Assembly: GCA_964347045.1 (NCBI GenBank)
Contig: CAYFXC010000001.1
Location: forward strand, 64,001 to 128,000
Source of the DNA: an uncultured archaeon
Lineage (GTDB): Archaea; Asgardarchaeota; Hermodarchaeia; Hermodarchaeales; Hermodarchaeaceae
Length of the DNA stretch: 64,000 nt
Direction of reading: 5' to 3'
The notes below the pieces were generated by a model. The model did no database searches. It was not told the origin of the DNA and was given only the letters and a program-made list of their open reading frames with translations. The position numbers and the translations under genes are program-made. The number at the start of each line of letters is the position of its first letter. The stretch's first letter is position 1. Of this stretch, positions 29,107 to 39,211 are shown piece after piece.

Positions 29107-29571
29107 GTGCATATCACCATGCCCCTGTTTCGAACGGATCGCTACATCAAAATCTCTGTTGCTGATTTTAATCTTCAAAAATCAAGTGAAGCCCTTTTGC
29201 AAGTCCTGCAAAAAGTTTCTGACCTTCGAAATGTGCAAATGACAAAGGTGAGAACCGACCGCGAAGAACAGGGAAAAATCAGAATCGAGGAGTGGTATGA
29301 AATAACAGGGGCACTTAATGTTCCTGAAGGAGGACAATCGTTCTGGGTCATTTCAAAACCAAGTTCAGAAAGTGAACACTACAATTTCTTTATGCGCGTT
29401 GACAGGAACATAGAAGCCCTAGATTATGAATCTGCACAAAAGAAAACTTCAGATTGGGTTTATCAATCTCTCATAAAGCCACTAGAAGCTAGATTTTCAA
29501 TACAACTCAAGAGCGTCAGTTTACCCGAACAACTCAGTAATTTAGCCAAAAAATTAGGTGATAAAATGTGA
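29107..29571 (+). CDS. Hypothetical protein
   Basis: ORF overlapping the tfrA start by 4 nt; start may be ATG 29119. Confidence 0.6.
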   Translation: MHITMPLFRTDRYIKISVADFNLQKSSEALLQVLQKVSDLRNVQMTKVRTDREEQGKIRIEEWYEITGALNVPEGGQSFWVISKPSSESEHYNFFMRVDRNIEALDYESAQKKTSDWVYQSLIKPLEARFSIQLKSVSLPEQLSNLAKKLGDKM

Positions 29572-31271
29572 CCATTGAAGTAATTGATACTGATGTATTG
29601 GTTGTGGGTGCAGGAGGAGCAGGATGTCGAGCAGCAATCTCTGCTTCCGATTCCAACCAAGAAGTTATCATCATTACTAAAGACATTCTAGGAAAGGCAC
29701 ATACCGTTATGGCTGAGGGAGGGATTAATGCTGCACTTGCAAATCTTGATCCAGATGACATGTGTGAAATCCATGCACGAGACACCTGTAGAGCAGGAGC
29801 CTATCTAAATAACCAAAACCTAGCTGAAATCCTAGCAAATGAATCCCCTCAACGAGTCTTTGATTTAGAAAACTTTGGTGCAATTTTTTCTCGAACTCCA
29901 GACGGTCTAATTATGCAACGACCCTTTGGACATCAAACTTATCGAAGAACTTGCTATGCAGGAGACCGGACAGGGCATGAAGTGTTAGCAACATTAGCTG
30001 AAGAACTTCGACGGCGGCAAATCGAAATTATCGATGAAGTTTTTGTTACCTCTTTACTTCGTAATAAGAATCGAGTCGCCGGTGTTACAGTATTAGATAT
30101 TCGAACTGGGAAATTCCAGGTGTTTCGCTCTTCAGCTGTTGTTATGGCAGCGGGTGGCGCTGGTCGAATTTATGATATTACAACGAATGCGCAAGCAGAT
30201 GTTGGAAGTGGTTATGCGATGGGTTTCAAAATTGGTGTAGAATTGGTTGACATGGAACAGTTTCAATTTCATCCTACTGGGGCTGCTATCCCACCTGCCG
30301 CACGGGGTCGGTTAGTTACCGAAGCTGTCCGAGGTGAAGGTGGAATTCTTCTTAACAAGGATGGTGAACGATTCATGAAACGCTATAATCCCCGTCTTAT
30401 GGAATTAGCTGGACGTGATGAAGTTGCAAGGTCCATTGCCACAGAAATTCGAGAAGGACGGGGAACAGAAAATGAAGCGGTCTATCTGGATATCTCCTTT
30501 CTTCCTGCAAGAATCATCGAAGAACGTCTTCCAACTATGCTAGAAGATTTTCTCGATATTGGTATCGATATTCGAAACGAGCCAATGGAGGTCACTCCAA
30601 CTGCTCATCATGTAATGGGAGGATTGAAAATTGATTCCCTAGCTGGAACTAATCTTGCTGGTCTTTATGCCGCTGGAGAAGTTGCCGGGAGTGTACATGG
30701 GGGGAATAGATTAGGTGGAAATGCACTTGCAGCCGGTCAAGTATTTGGAAAAATCGCCGGAGACTCAGCCGCCAAATTTGCAGCGGATAATTCCACTCCT
30801 TCTCTTGATAGAAATTCAATTGCCAAGGAATATTCACGAGTAATGGCGCCTCTTGAAAAAGATGAAGGGCTTAGACCAGCAAAAGAAACTAAACGGCTTC
30901 AAAGGTTAATGTGGGACAAAGCAGGGCTATTCAGAAATGAAGAAGACCTAAATTCAGCTCTTAGCTTCATAAAGCAACAACAAAAACAAGTCGATTCCGA
31001 GCTTGCTGTACAGAATAAGGCTACACGTTACAATACAGAGTGGATCAGTGCACTTGAGTTGCAGGATATGATACTGGTTGCGGAACTGATTGTGCGTTCT
31101 GCATTATTACGAAAAGAATCCAGAGGAGCACATTATCGAACGGACTATCCCAATCCTGATAATAAACGTTGGTTCGTGAATATTGTTATCTCAAAACAGA
31201 AGGAGAAAATGGTTCTCAAACGAACACCTGTGGTTATCACAAAATGGACTCCACCATGGATGAAAAACTAA
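29568..31271 (+). CDS. tfrA: Thiol:fumarate reductase / fumarate reductase flavoprotein subunit
   Basis: GAGGAG FAD motif, AHTVMAEGG, QFHPTG, EAVRGEGG, HGGNRLGGNAL, ESRGAHYR. Confidence 0.9.
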   Translation: MTIEVIDTDVLVVGAGGAGCRAAISASDSNQEVIIITKDILGKAHTVMAEGGINAALANLDPDDMCEIHARDTCRAGAYLNNQNLAEILANESPQRVFDLENFGAIFSRTPDGLIMQRPFGHQTYRRTCYAGDRTGHEVLATLAEELRRRQIEIIDEVFVTSLLRNKNRVAGVTVLDIRTGKFQVFRSSAVVMAAGGAGRIYDITTNAQADVGSGYAMGFKIGVELVDMEQFQFHPTGAAIPPAARGRLVTEAVRGEGGILLNKDGERFMKRYNPRLMELAGRDEVARSIATEIREGRGTENEAVYLDISFLPARIIEERLPTMLEDFLDIGIDIRNEPMEVTPTAHHVMGGLKIDSLAGTNLAGLYAAGEVAGSVHGGNRLGGNALAAGQVFGKIAGDSAAKFAADNSTPSLDRNSIAKEYSRVMAPLEKDEGLRPAKETKRLQRLMWDKAGLFRNEEDLNSALSFIKQQQKQVDSELAVQNKATRYNTEWISALELQDMILVAELIVRSALLRKESRGAHYRTDYPNPDNKRWFVNIVISKQKEKMVLKRTPVVITKWTPPWMKN

Positions 31272-31292
31272 TGTCGAATCGAGGTATAGTTC

Positions 31293-32861
31293 ATGGCTAA
31301 AAAACCAATCATCAAATTTCAAATCCAACGTTATAACCCGGATATAGACGACAAACCAACTTTTACCACCTATAAGGTTCCTTACACTGATCGTCTAGGT
31401 GTTCTTGATGCACTCCATTACATTTTCCGTAATCTCGATTCATCGTTAGCCTATCGTTGGAATTGTCGAACTGGTCAATGTGGGTCATGTGCGATAAATA
31501 TCAATGGTGTTCCTGGTTTGGCATGTCGCACCGTAGTTGATCCTTCTGAAGATTACGTTTTAGAGCCCTTACCTAATTTCCCCGTGATTCGAGATTTAGT
31601 CGTTGATCTCGGACCAGGATTTAAACTCCTGGAGAAATTACGTCCCTACTTAGAAAGAACCTCAGCTCCTGATCGCCCAGAGAAATTGACGCGTGAAGAA
31701 ATCTCATCTGCAATGGAACTGCGTTCGTGTATAGAATGCTTTTCTTGTTACGCTGGCTGCCCTGCTGTTGCTTCAGCTAAACAAGAATATTCTGGTCCAA
31801 TTGCCATGAGAGAATTAGCCAGCTTCGAATTCGATCCAAGAGATCAAGGGGACCGAGTTCAATTAGCTGTGAGTAGTGGTCTTTATGATTGCACAAGTTG
31901 TGGAAATTGTAAAGAGGTGTGTATTCCCAAACACATCGATACACGGCGAACAGCAGTTGAAGGGCTTCGCGCGCTTGCAGTTGAACGTGGGATGGGACCT
32001 TTAGAAGGCCATCAAGAGTTTATCAATCAAATTGAAGAAACAGGCTATGCAGTTGATGTCAAAACGAAACCACTTACTGACCAATTACCAGAAGTCGTTG
32101 AAGTTCCAAATCCGGTGGATGAAGTCTTGTTTTTCCCTGGGTGTCTTATTAACCTAAGAATTCAAAATGTAGGAATGAACGTTGTCGAGGTACTAAAGCG
32201 TAATAATGTGCGAGTGCATATTCCAAAAGATTTCGTTTGCTGTACTAGTGTGGCATTTCGGACTGGAGTAAAAACCATTGCCTACGATATGGTCATTCGT
32301 AATACAGATTATTTCAAGAAACTCGGTGTAACTAAAGTGGTATCTCTTTGTCCAGGCTGTATGTCTACTATTAAACAAGATTGGCCGCTCGTGTTACATG
32401 AGAAAGATAAACCTCCATATGATTTCGAACCTTTCGATATCAATGAATATTTAGTAAAACATCTTGGTGTGCAAGGCTTTAACCAAAAGGATCTAAAGCC
32501 TCTCTCAGTTCGAGTAGTTTATCATGACCCCTGTCATCTAAACAGGCACCAAGGCATAAGTGAAGAACCACGTAAACTTCTTCAGATGATTCCAGGTATT
32601 GAATTTATTGATGTTGAAGATAGTGATAGGTGCTGCGGTGCTGGAGGAGGCGTACGTGCAGGTCGTCGAGAACTTTCTGAGGAGATTGCTGGAATAAAAT
32701 TCGAAATTCTTAGTAAAGTCAAACCTGATGTAATCGCCACTTCTTGTTCTTTTTGTTACATTCAATTATTAGACGAAGTGAAAAGGGTCAATTCAGACAT
32801 TAAGATCATGAATGTAACAGATCTTCTGGCTGCTTCCTATCGCGGTGAGACTATCAAATGA
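31293..32861 (+). CDS. tfrB: Thiol:fumarate reductase Fe-S subunit (SdhB-like + CCG domains)
   Basis: CRTGQCGSC [2Fe-2S], two CxxCxxCxxxC-type motifs, HdrD-like FPGC / HDPCH / CCGAGGG. Confidence 0.9.
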   Translation: MAKKPIIKFQIQRYNPDIDDKPTFTTYKVPYTDRLGVLDALHYIFRNLDSSLAYRWNCRTGQCGSCAININGVPGLACRTVVDPSEDYVLEPLPNFPVIRDLVVDLGPGFKLLEKLRPYLERTSAPDRPEKLTREEISSAMELRSCIECFSCYAGCPAVASAKQEYSGPIAMRELASFEFDPRDQGDRVQLAVSSGLYDCTSCGNCKEVCIPKHIDTRRTAVEGLRALAVERGMGPLEGHQEFINQIEETGYAVDVKTKPLTDQLPEVVEVPNPVDEVLFFPGCLINLRIQNVGMNVVEVLKRNNVRVHIPKDFVCCTSVAFRTGVKTIAYDMVIRNTDYFKKLGVTKVVSLCPGCMSTIKQDWPLVLHEKDKPPYDFEPFDINEYLVKHLGVQGFNQKDLKPLSVRVVYHDPCHLNRHQGISEEPRKLLQMIPGIEFIDVEDSDRCCGAGGGVRAGRRELSEEIAGIKFEILSKVKPDVIATSCSFCYIQLLDEVKRVNSDIKIMNVTDLLAASYRGETIK

Positions 32862-32867
32862 AATAAT

Positions 32868-33467
32868 TCAGAGCCCCACCTGATTGTAAATCTTTGTGCG
32901 ATTCCTCTCTACATTTGCACTAACCTGTTCGAAAAGATTCATTCCTGTTGAATCTATAGATACGATTAATGGGCCAAAATTCTTGACTTCCATAATCCAG
33001 AGTGCTTCTGGCATACCAAGATCAAGCCACTCACCTTTAATAATTCGTCGAATCGCCTTTGCTGCTAAAACAGCTGCTCCACCTGTGAAAGCCCCATAGA
33101 CTGCTCCGTATTTTTTCATTGCCGCAGCTGTTTTAGAACCCATACCTCCCTTTCCAATAATAACTCGTACCCCAAAAGCTTCAATGAATTTGTCTTCAAA
33201 CATTTCCATTCGTGTACTTGTAGTGGGACCCGCTGCGATAACCTCCCACCCTGAATCAGTTTGTTTAACAATTGGCCCACAATGAAAAACACATAATCCA
33301 GTGGGATCAATTGGCAAATCCTTTTTCTCTTCAAACCATTTAAGCGCACGTTCGTGCGCTTCATCGCGGGCGGTGAATATTGTACCAGTGATATGAACAA
33401 TATCGTTGACACGAAGTTTTCTAATTGTTTCTTCGGAGATTGGAGTGGTTAAGTTGTAAGTTGCCAT
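32868..33467 (-). CDS. Class I fumarate hydratase beta subunit
   Basis: TARDEAH, HCGP, GPTTSTRM, GKGGMG, LGMPEA. Confidence 0.92.
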   Translation of the reverse strand: MATYNLTTPISEETIRKLRVNDIVHITGTIFTARDEAHERALKWFEEKKDLPIDPTGLCVFHCGPIVKQTDSGWEVIAAGPTTSTRMEMFEDKFIEAFGVRVIIGKGGMGSKTAAAMKKYGAVYGAFTGGAAVLAAKAIRRIIKGEWLDLGMPEALWIMEVKNFGPLIVSIDSTGMNLFEQVSANVERNRTKIYNQVGL

Positions 33468-33468
33468 G

Positions 33469-34362
33469 TTAGTCGACCTTGTGTGAGGTAAATTTAACTT
33501 CTCCTTCCTTTGTAATTAGGACTGAGGCACGTCTTGCAGCCCAACATTGGACAGCAACACCAACAGGAAATGATGCAGGATGCCTCATTGCCACATCAAT
33601 ATGGACATCCAAAGATGTTGTGTCACCTCCCAATCCCATTGGTCCAATACCTGTCTGATTAATTGCGGATAATAGCTCTTCTTCCATTTTAGCAATTTTA
33701 GAATCAAGGTGACGTTGTCCTACAGGTCTGAGTAATTGTTCTTTAGCAATTTTCATGCAGATATCGGCACCTCCCCCTATCCCTATTCCAAGAATCGTAG
33801 GTGGGCAGGGTTTTGCTCCGGCATCAATTACAGAATCAATCACAAATCGCTTCATCCCCTTCAATCCTTGTCCTGGGGTTAGCATGCCAAGTTGACAGAC
33901 ATTTTCTGAACCCCCACCTTTTGGCAAGGCAGTAATTTCTAGATTAGTTCCCTTAACAATTTTCCAATTAATCCATGGAATATGAAGACCTGTATTATCT
34001 CCAGGATTCTTTTGCAAAATTGGGTTTACAGTATTAGGACGCAGTGGAATTTCTTGTGTTGCTCTTTGGACCGCGTGTTTGAGAATAATTGGAAGCTGGT
34101 CTAGTAAAGGAAATTTTGCTCCGACGGACAAATAGAATATTTGAATTCCTGTATCTTGACACATTGGAATTGAACGAGTTCTTGCAAGACTAACATTATC
34201 TAAGATCGCTTGGAGTTGGCTTTTGGCGGTTTTGTTCCGCTCTTTTTCAAAAGCTCGTTTAAGACCTTCAGATACATCTAGTGGTAAATCGGTAACAGCC
34301 AATCGAAGAAGATCTACTACTGTATCTTCTAAAAAAGAAACTTGCAAACTCAAACTCTCCAT
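33469..34362 (-). CDS. Class I fumarate hydratase alpha subunit
   Basis: CQDTG, KGGGSEN, PCPP, GIGPMGLGG, CWAARR. Confidence 0.92.
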   Translation of the reverse strand: MESLSLQVSFLEDTVVDLLRLAVTDLPLDVSEGLKRAFEKERNKTAKSQLQAILDNVSLARTRSIPMCQDTGIQIFYLSVGAKFPLLDQLPIILKHAVQRATQEIPLRPNTVNPILQKNPGDNTGLHIPWINWKIVKGTNLEITALPKGGGSENVCQLGMLTPGQGLKGMKRFVIDSVIDAGAKPCPPTILGIGIGGGADICMKIAKEQLLRPVGQRHLDSKIAKMEEELLSAINQTGIGPMGLGGDTTSLDVHIDVAMRHPASFPVGVAVQCWAARRASVLITKEGEVKFTSHKVD

Positions 34363-34385
34363 TTTTTTATAATTAGAAATAGAAC

Positions 34386-34976
34386 CTAGGTTCCTATCTT
34401 TTTAGGTTGTGCAAGTTTCGATCCAAGCAATATTTTTCGTAAAATTCCTTGTAGGATTTCTAGTGTGAATGTGCCTTGGATTGCTATGGTTTCAAAAATC
34501 GACGATGTACCATTTATTCCAAGAGTGTTGATTAATTCAAATCGACTAATCGCGGGTAATATATCTCGCTTGTTTAATGCAAAAATCACAGGGATTTCAT
34601 CTGAAAGTTTATCCCCGAAGAACCCCTTTAGCTCTTCCCAACAACGTTGATTTTCAGTTATTAGATTCGGATTTGAATCTGCTACAAAAACGATACCATC
34701 GGTTCCTGCTAGAACCGTTGATCGAGTCTCTGCGTAATAGTCTTGACCAGTTGCTGACCAGATATGAATTTGTATAGTCCATTCCCCATGGGAAAGTTCA
34801 ATAGGTCCGTAATCAAAAAAAAGAGTTCTTCCTGAAGTTGTTTCAATTGATTCAAGTCGAGAAAAAATATTGAGACGATGAAATAGGGCTCGAATGCTAG
34901 CCGTTTTTCCGCTCATAGCGGGACCATAATATACGATTTTCGTTTGAATAATTCGTTGACTCCAATCAATTAGCAT
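34386..34976 (-). CDS. MglA-like small GTPase
   Basis: KIVYYGPAMSGKT, RTLFFDY, TGQ, DGIVFVADS, NKRD. Confidence 0.92.
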   Translation of the reverse strand: MLIDWSQRIIQTKIVYYGPAMSGKTASIRALFHRLNIFSRLESIETTSGRTLFFDYGPIELSHGEWTIQIHIWSATGQDYYAETRSTVLAGTDGIVFVADSNPNLITENQRCWEELKGFFGDKLSDEIPVIFALNKRDILPAISRFELINTLGINGTSSIFETIAIQGTFTLEILQGILRKILLGSKLAQPKKIGT

Positions 34977-34997
34977 GAGTGTTTTTCCCTCAATTGA

Positions 34998-35888
34998 TTA
35001 GATTGTCCAGAATCCTTCTAATCGATCTCCAAACGTTTGTCCTGCACCATCTTGCACAGAAGTCTGGAAGTCTTCGCCCCATTCCGCTTTAATGAACTCC
35101 ATTAATCGATCAATCGATGCTCCCCTATAATCAATTGCTTGTCGTAGCATTTTGTCAGAAATTACAGATTTTACTCCAACTTCTTGTAGCAAACGGAGAC
35201 GCATTAGGATAATCATAACTCTCCAAGCGGCTTCGACAAAAGCTTGAATGTGTTCCTTGTACAGACTTTGACTCACACGATCTTCTTCATGGTTGAGATC
35301 TACTAAGCTCCTTTCAAGTCGATTACTGACTTTCCCTTGTGCTGCACGTTTTAGAATTCGTGTAATTCTCTCAATCTTTGTTCGTGTTTCCGATGTAACC
35401 TTTTCTAATAATTTCAACTCAAAACTAGTATCAGAAAACCCCTCTGAACTTCCATTAGATTCTATCGTGAGCTTGCCTTTTTCAAATCGTAAAGTTAATG
35501 GTGATGTTGAGGTTTGGGCAAAAGCTTGGTAGATTTCATGCAAATGTGTTTTGTCGGTAGCAATTACCCATCCTCGAAAATCAAGTATCTGATTGGATAC
35601 TAGTTGTGCCGCAGATGATGGAACACGATAAATCAAACGTTCTCCGTTATAGTCACCCTTCTCATGGAGAACCATCTGCTCATGTTCTGAATAGGAAACA
35701 AAATCTGATCCAAAAACCATCTCGCGGCGATGTGGTACAAGTTTTACTAGGGACTCAGCAATTATATCCACTGACTCTTGGGATTCGCTGAAAATAATGA
35801 TTGGATATCTATCTAACACTGAGCGTAACACAATTGCTAATTGTTTTCTCCCTAGGGTATACAAACCATTATCCAGAAACGTATTCAT
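34998..35888 (-). CDS. Hypothetical protein, possible DENN-like domain
   Basis: Between the roadblock and GTPase genes; VLDRYPIIIFSES...AESLVKLVP recalls the cDENN core. Confidence 0.55.
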   Translation of the reverse strand: MNTFLDNGLYTLGRKQLAIVLRSVLDRYPIIIFSESQESVDIIAESLVKLVPHRREMVFGSDFVSYSEHEQMVLHEKGDYNGERLIYRVPSSAAQLVSNQILDFRGWVIATDKTHLHEIYQAFAQTSTSPLTLRFEKGKLTIESNGSSEGFSDTSFELKLLEKVTSETRTKIERITRILKRAAQGKVSNRLERSLVDLNHEEDRVSQSLYKEHIQAFVEAAWRVMIILMRLRLLQEVGVKSVISDKMLRQAIDYRGASIDRLMEFIKAEWGEDFQTSVQDGAGQTFGDRLEGFWTI

Positions 35889-36811
35889 CGAGCGATCGCC
35901 TCCAAAAAACCATCAACATCTATTGTGGGTTTTTGTGCTGAAGGTGCCTTTTGTAATACTGATTCGATTTCAGCAATGAAATTTGGAATAATTAATCTAA
36001 GCAAGCCGAGACGCATAGAGTCCTTCCGAATTAAGGTACTGAACAGGCCTCCTGCTAATCGATAGATAAAGTGTTGTTTAGACCCACAATCGCATAGTAC
36101 CTGAAGTATCCTAGTTCGTTTCACTAGTTGAGCAACTTTTCGAGAAGTGTCAAAGAGCGTGTAGGTTAGGGTGGAATTGCGAATACGCATTCCTTCGTTA
36201 TAGCGCTGTGTTGGAATTAAGTAACCACCTTCAAGACAGACCTCGCCAGTTTGAGCGGAAGGTAAGGCTTGAAGAAAATCAGTGACAATTGCAGATATCT
36301 GTTGAGCCGCATTTTCTGTAATGGTTAAATTTAGGGTGCCCGTGGACCAAGCCCGTTGAGGCCCTTCTCGAACGTTGAATGCATTGAAAATTTGAGTGCG
36401 TTCCGCCCTCTCAAAGGATCGTAAAGGTGGAATAAATTGCTCATTCCAAAGTGCTTCGTCTAAATGGGTTATAGTCCTCTCTAATTGTAATAACAGGGCT
36501 CCTAAATTGCTGTGGCTTTGGGTAGTAACAGTAACAAAATAGTTTGCTGCTCGCGGAAGAGTGGCTAATAAAAACTTACTTCGTTCTCCTTCAATTAACA
36601 CATATGATAACTCATCATGGAGCCGTTGGGCCACTGATAAAATGGCAGCAGCTGAAGAAGATAAACCAAAAATCTCATTTTCTGACAACCACACTCCACT
36701 GCTTGAAATTGGATAACCATCCCTTTGGACTAGTACAGAATTTTCTACGCCAGGAACTGCTTTGATATTTTGCAAATGTAAATTGAACTGATCTATCATT
36801 TTACCTGGCAT
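35885..36811 (-). CDS. Tandem roadblock/LC7 (MglB-like) domain protein
   Basis: VPGVENSVLVQRDGYPI...NLGALLL and a second degenerate copy ending RLGLLRL; start at ATG 36811 since the longer ORF runs into a tRNA. Confidence 0.85.
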   Translation of the reverse strand: MPGKMIDQFNLHLQNIKAVPGVENSVLVQRDGYPISSSGVWLSENEIFGLSSSAAAILSVAQRLHDELSYVLIEGERSKFLLATLPRAANYFVTVTTQSHSNLGALLLQLERTITHLDEALWNEQFIPPLRSFERAERTQIFNAFNVREGPQRAWSTGTLNLTITENAAQQISAIVTDFLQALPSAQTGEVCLEGGYLIPTQRYNEGMRIRNSTLTYTLFDTSRKVAQLVKRTRILQVLCDCGSKQHFIYRLAGGLFSTLIRKDSMRLGLLRLIIPNFIAEIESVLQKAPSAQKPTIDVDGFLEAIAR

Positions 36812-36879
36812 TTTCTGGTTGCTCCACAAGTTGGAGCAGTTTACCATATAAAAACCAACAAAAGTAACCGATGGTGAAA

Positions 36880-36995
36880 TGGTGCGGGGGGTGGGATTCG
36901 AACCCACGAAGGTCTACACCACAGGAGCCTCAGTCCTGCCCCTTTAGTCGGAGCGGGTAAACCACGTTCCTTAGACCATGCTCGGGTACCCCCGC
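36880..36995 (-). tRNA. tRNA-Leu(GAG) with 28-nt D-loop intron (36944-36971)
   Basis: GCGGGGG/CCCCCGC acceptor stem, encoded CCA, CAGGA-CTGAGGC-TCCTG anticodon arm, long variable arm; BHB GGTC-TA^A...GACT-AA^A; 88 nt spliced. Confidence 0.93.
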
Positions 36996-37407
36996 AAGGG
37001 AGAGATAACCTCCTCGTCTCCTCCTCACTTTTTAAATTTTGTTGGCGACAAAAATAAATTGCGTCTCACTGATTAGCCAAACACCAATTAGATATCAGAT
37101 AAGTCATCTGGTGGAAGGGGAGGGCATATTGTTTCAATTTGATTGGCGCCAATCGCTTGTTTGCAAACAATGATTATGGTAATTATTTTTTTTCTCACTT
37201 AATATGACTGGAAATGGCTTTTTCTCCATTCTATTAGCTCGCATACAAGGTAATACTGGATTTTTTTCTGCCGTTTGCTATTTAAAACCAAGAGAGCTTT
37301 AAGTTGAGTGCCTTTTGTCTCTCTAATTGTACCTTTTTACTGGTGGGTAATACCCAGATAATACTAGAACCTTTTCAGGATAATATCTAGGTATCACGCT
37401 GATTGAT

Positions 37408-37575
37408 ATGAAGCTAATTACTGTAAACCTTCCAGAGGCATACGTAAACGGAATTGAACGACTGATTCTCGAGAAGCTATATCCAAATCGCAGTGAAGCG
37501 ATTCGCATCGCAGTAAGAGATCTTCTGAAAAAAGAACTTTGGGAACAAAATGCTCCACAACCAAAAATAAGGTGA
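37408..37575 (+). CDS. cdrS: RHH cell-division regulator CdrS homolog (not in ORF track)
   Basis: MKLITVNLPEAYVNGIERLILEKLYPNRSEAIRIAVRDLLKKELW..., 7 bp upstream of ftsZ. Confidence 0.88.
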   Translation: MKLITVNLPEAYVNGIERLILEKLYPNRSEAIRIAVRDLLKKELWEQNAPQPKIR

Positions 37576-37582
37576 CTATACA

Positions 37583-38923
37583 ATGGATGGTGGATTATCT
37601 AAACTTGTACGTGATGCTACTAAACGTCCTATAAAAACACCTGTTCAGTATTCAAAACCTGGTGCTAGGATAATGGTAGCCGGTATTGGTGGTGGAGGAA
37701 ACAATACGATAAATAGGTTGGTTCAAATCGGAATACAAGGTGCTGAATGTATCGCCGTTAACACAGACCAACAACACCTCGATCATGTTCAAGCCCATAA
37801 GAAAATGCTTATTGGAAAAACAATTACAAGAGGATTGGGCACAGGAGGCTTTCCGGAGCTAGGAGCTGCGGCAGCTGAGGAATCACGCCAAGATTTAACC
37901 AACCTTTTACGCGGAGTAGATCTGCTTTTCATAGCTGCTGGACTAGGTGGAGGAACAGGAACTGGGGCTGCACCTGTTATTGCAGAAATAGCAAAACAAA
38001 ATGGTGCAATTGTTGTATGCACAGTAACCACACCATTTACCATTGAGGGGGCAAGAATTGATAAGGCTCATCGCGGGCTCCAAAGGTTACGTAGATACGC
38101 AGATACCGTTATTGTAATCGATAATAACAAATTACTTGAAATAGCACGCGATCTACCAATTGATGAAGCCTTTAGTGTTGCAGACGAAATTCTTGCTAGT
38201 ATGGTAAAGGGTGTTACTGAGACCATTAGCTTACCAAGTTTAATCAACTTGGACTTTGCAGACGTTCGAAGTGTTTTGGCAGGAGGAGGTGTGGCATTAG
38301 TTGGTTTGGGGGAAGCCGCACAATCTGAAACAACAGATTATGATCGCATTTCAGAAGCTGTGAAGAATTCTCTTCATTCTCCTTTACTTGGTGATTTGAG
38401 TGTAAAAGGTGCTACTGGAGCATTAATTCACGTAATTGGTGGACCTGATCTTAGTCTTGAAGAAGCTACGCGTGTTGCTGATGTAGTGACTCGTCAGATG
38501 AGACACGACGCCCGAATTATTTGGGGAGCGCGTATTATCCCTGATTTTGCAGGGTATGTCCGTGTTCTACTCATCGTGACTGGTTTGGAAGGGAACTCTG
38601 CTGTACTTCCTGGTTTTCGAGGGAATGTAGAAATTTTCGATGATGTCGATTGGAATTCACTCCATCTCTATCGATTGGATTCAAGTGGAAATGATACTGT
38701 GACAACTGAAGGGCATTCAATTAGGGTCTCACAAACACCCAGTTCGATTGAATCAGAAAAACTAACTCGTGTTCAAATAGAATCTTCTAATATTAATTCA
38801 GGAAATCAAAGTGGTAACCAAGATCCAGCCATCTCGCTTATCAGTTCAAATGTTTCCGGTAATGAACCTTTGCGTGGGTTAGGTCTAAAAAAGATCGAGT
38901 CTGCTTCGAGCGCCAGTACTTAG
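37583..38923 (+). CDS. ftsZ: Cell division protein FtsZ (FtsZ2-type context)
   Basis: GIGGGGNN, GLGGGTGTG, INLDFADV, IWGA; long Ser/Asn-rich tail. Confidence 0.96.
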   Translation: MDGGLSKLVRDATKRPIKTPVQYSKPGARIMVAGIGGGGNNTINRLVQIGIQGAECIAVNTDQQHLDHVQAHKKMLIGKTITRGLGTGGFPELGAAAAEESRQDLTNLLRGVDLLFIAAGLGGGTGTGAAPVIAEIAKQNGAIVVCTVTTPFTIEGARIDKAHRGLQRLRRYADTVIVIDNNKLLEIARDLPIDEAFSVADEILASMVKGVTETISLPSLINLDFADVRSVLAGGGVALVGLGEAAQSETTDYDRISEAVKNSLHSPLLGDLSVKGATGALIHVIGGPDLSLEEATRVADVVTRQMRHDARIIWGARIIPDFAGYVRVLLIVTGLEGNSAVLPGFRGNVEIFDDVDWNSLHLYRLDSSGNDTVTTEGHSIRVSQTPSSIESEKLTRVQIESSNINSGNQSGNQDPAISLISSNVSGNEPLRGLGLKKIESASSAST

Positions 38924-38948
38924 ATCAACCTGCTAAGTAACTAATTCT

Positions 38949-39164
38949 CTATCCTCCAATCCAACCTAGAAAAGCCTGCCTTAATTGGTCTAGCTGAATG
39001 ACTATTGAATGGAAAAGTCCTTGGGACCATCCCATCACATCAAGGATTACTGTAATCAAAACTGTAATGGTGAGGATGGCTAACCCTAGGAGAAGCCCTT
39101 GTTCGACAAGTGGTGATCCTCGTTTATTACGAATGAACTCTCTAATCACCTTAATCAAAGACAT
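38949..39164 (-). CDS. Flp/type IV pilin
   Basis: Class III signal RNKRG|SPLVE (E at +5) followed by a hydrophobic helix. Confidence 0.8.
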   Translation of the reverse strand: MSLIKVIREFIRNKRGSPLVEQGLLLGLAILTITVLITVILDVMGWSQGLFHSIVIQLDQLRQAFLGWIGG

Positions 39165-39211
39165 GCTGGATCCCGTAAATTCGTCTAGTCATAGTTATTT
39201 AAGCTCCACAA

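Noticed and set aside
36812-36907. N-terminal extension of the roadblock ORF
   Set aside because: Overlaps tRNA-Leu; ATG 36811 with upstream GGAG is the better start
37323-37583. 86-aa minus-strand ORF
   Set aside because: Antisense shadow of cdrS
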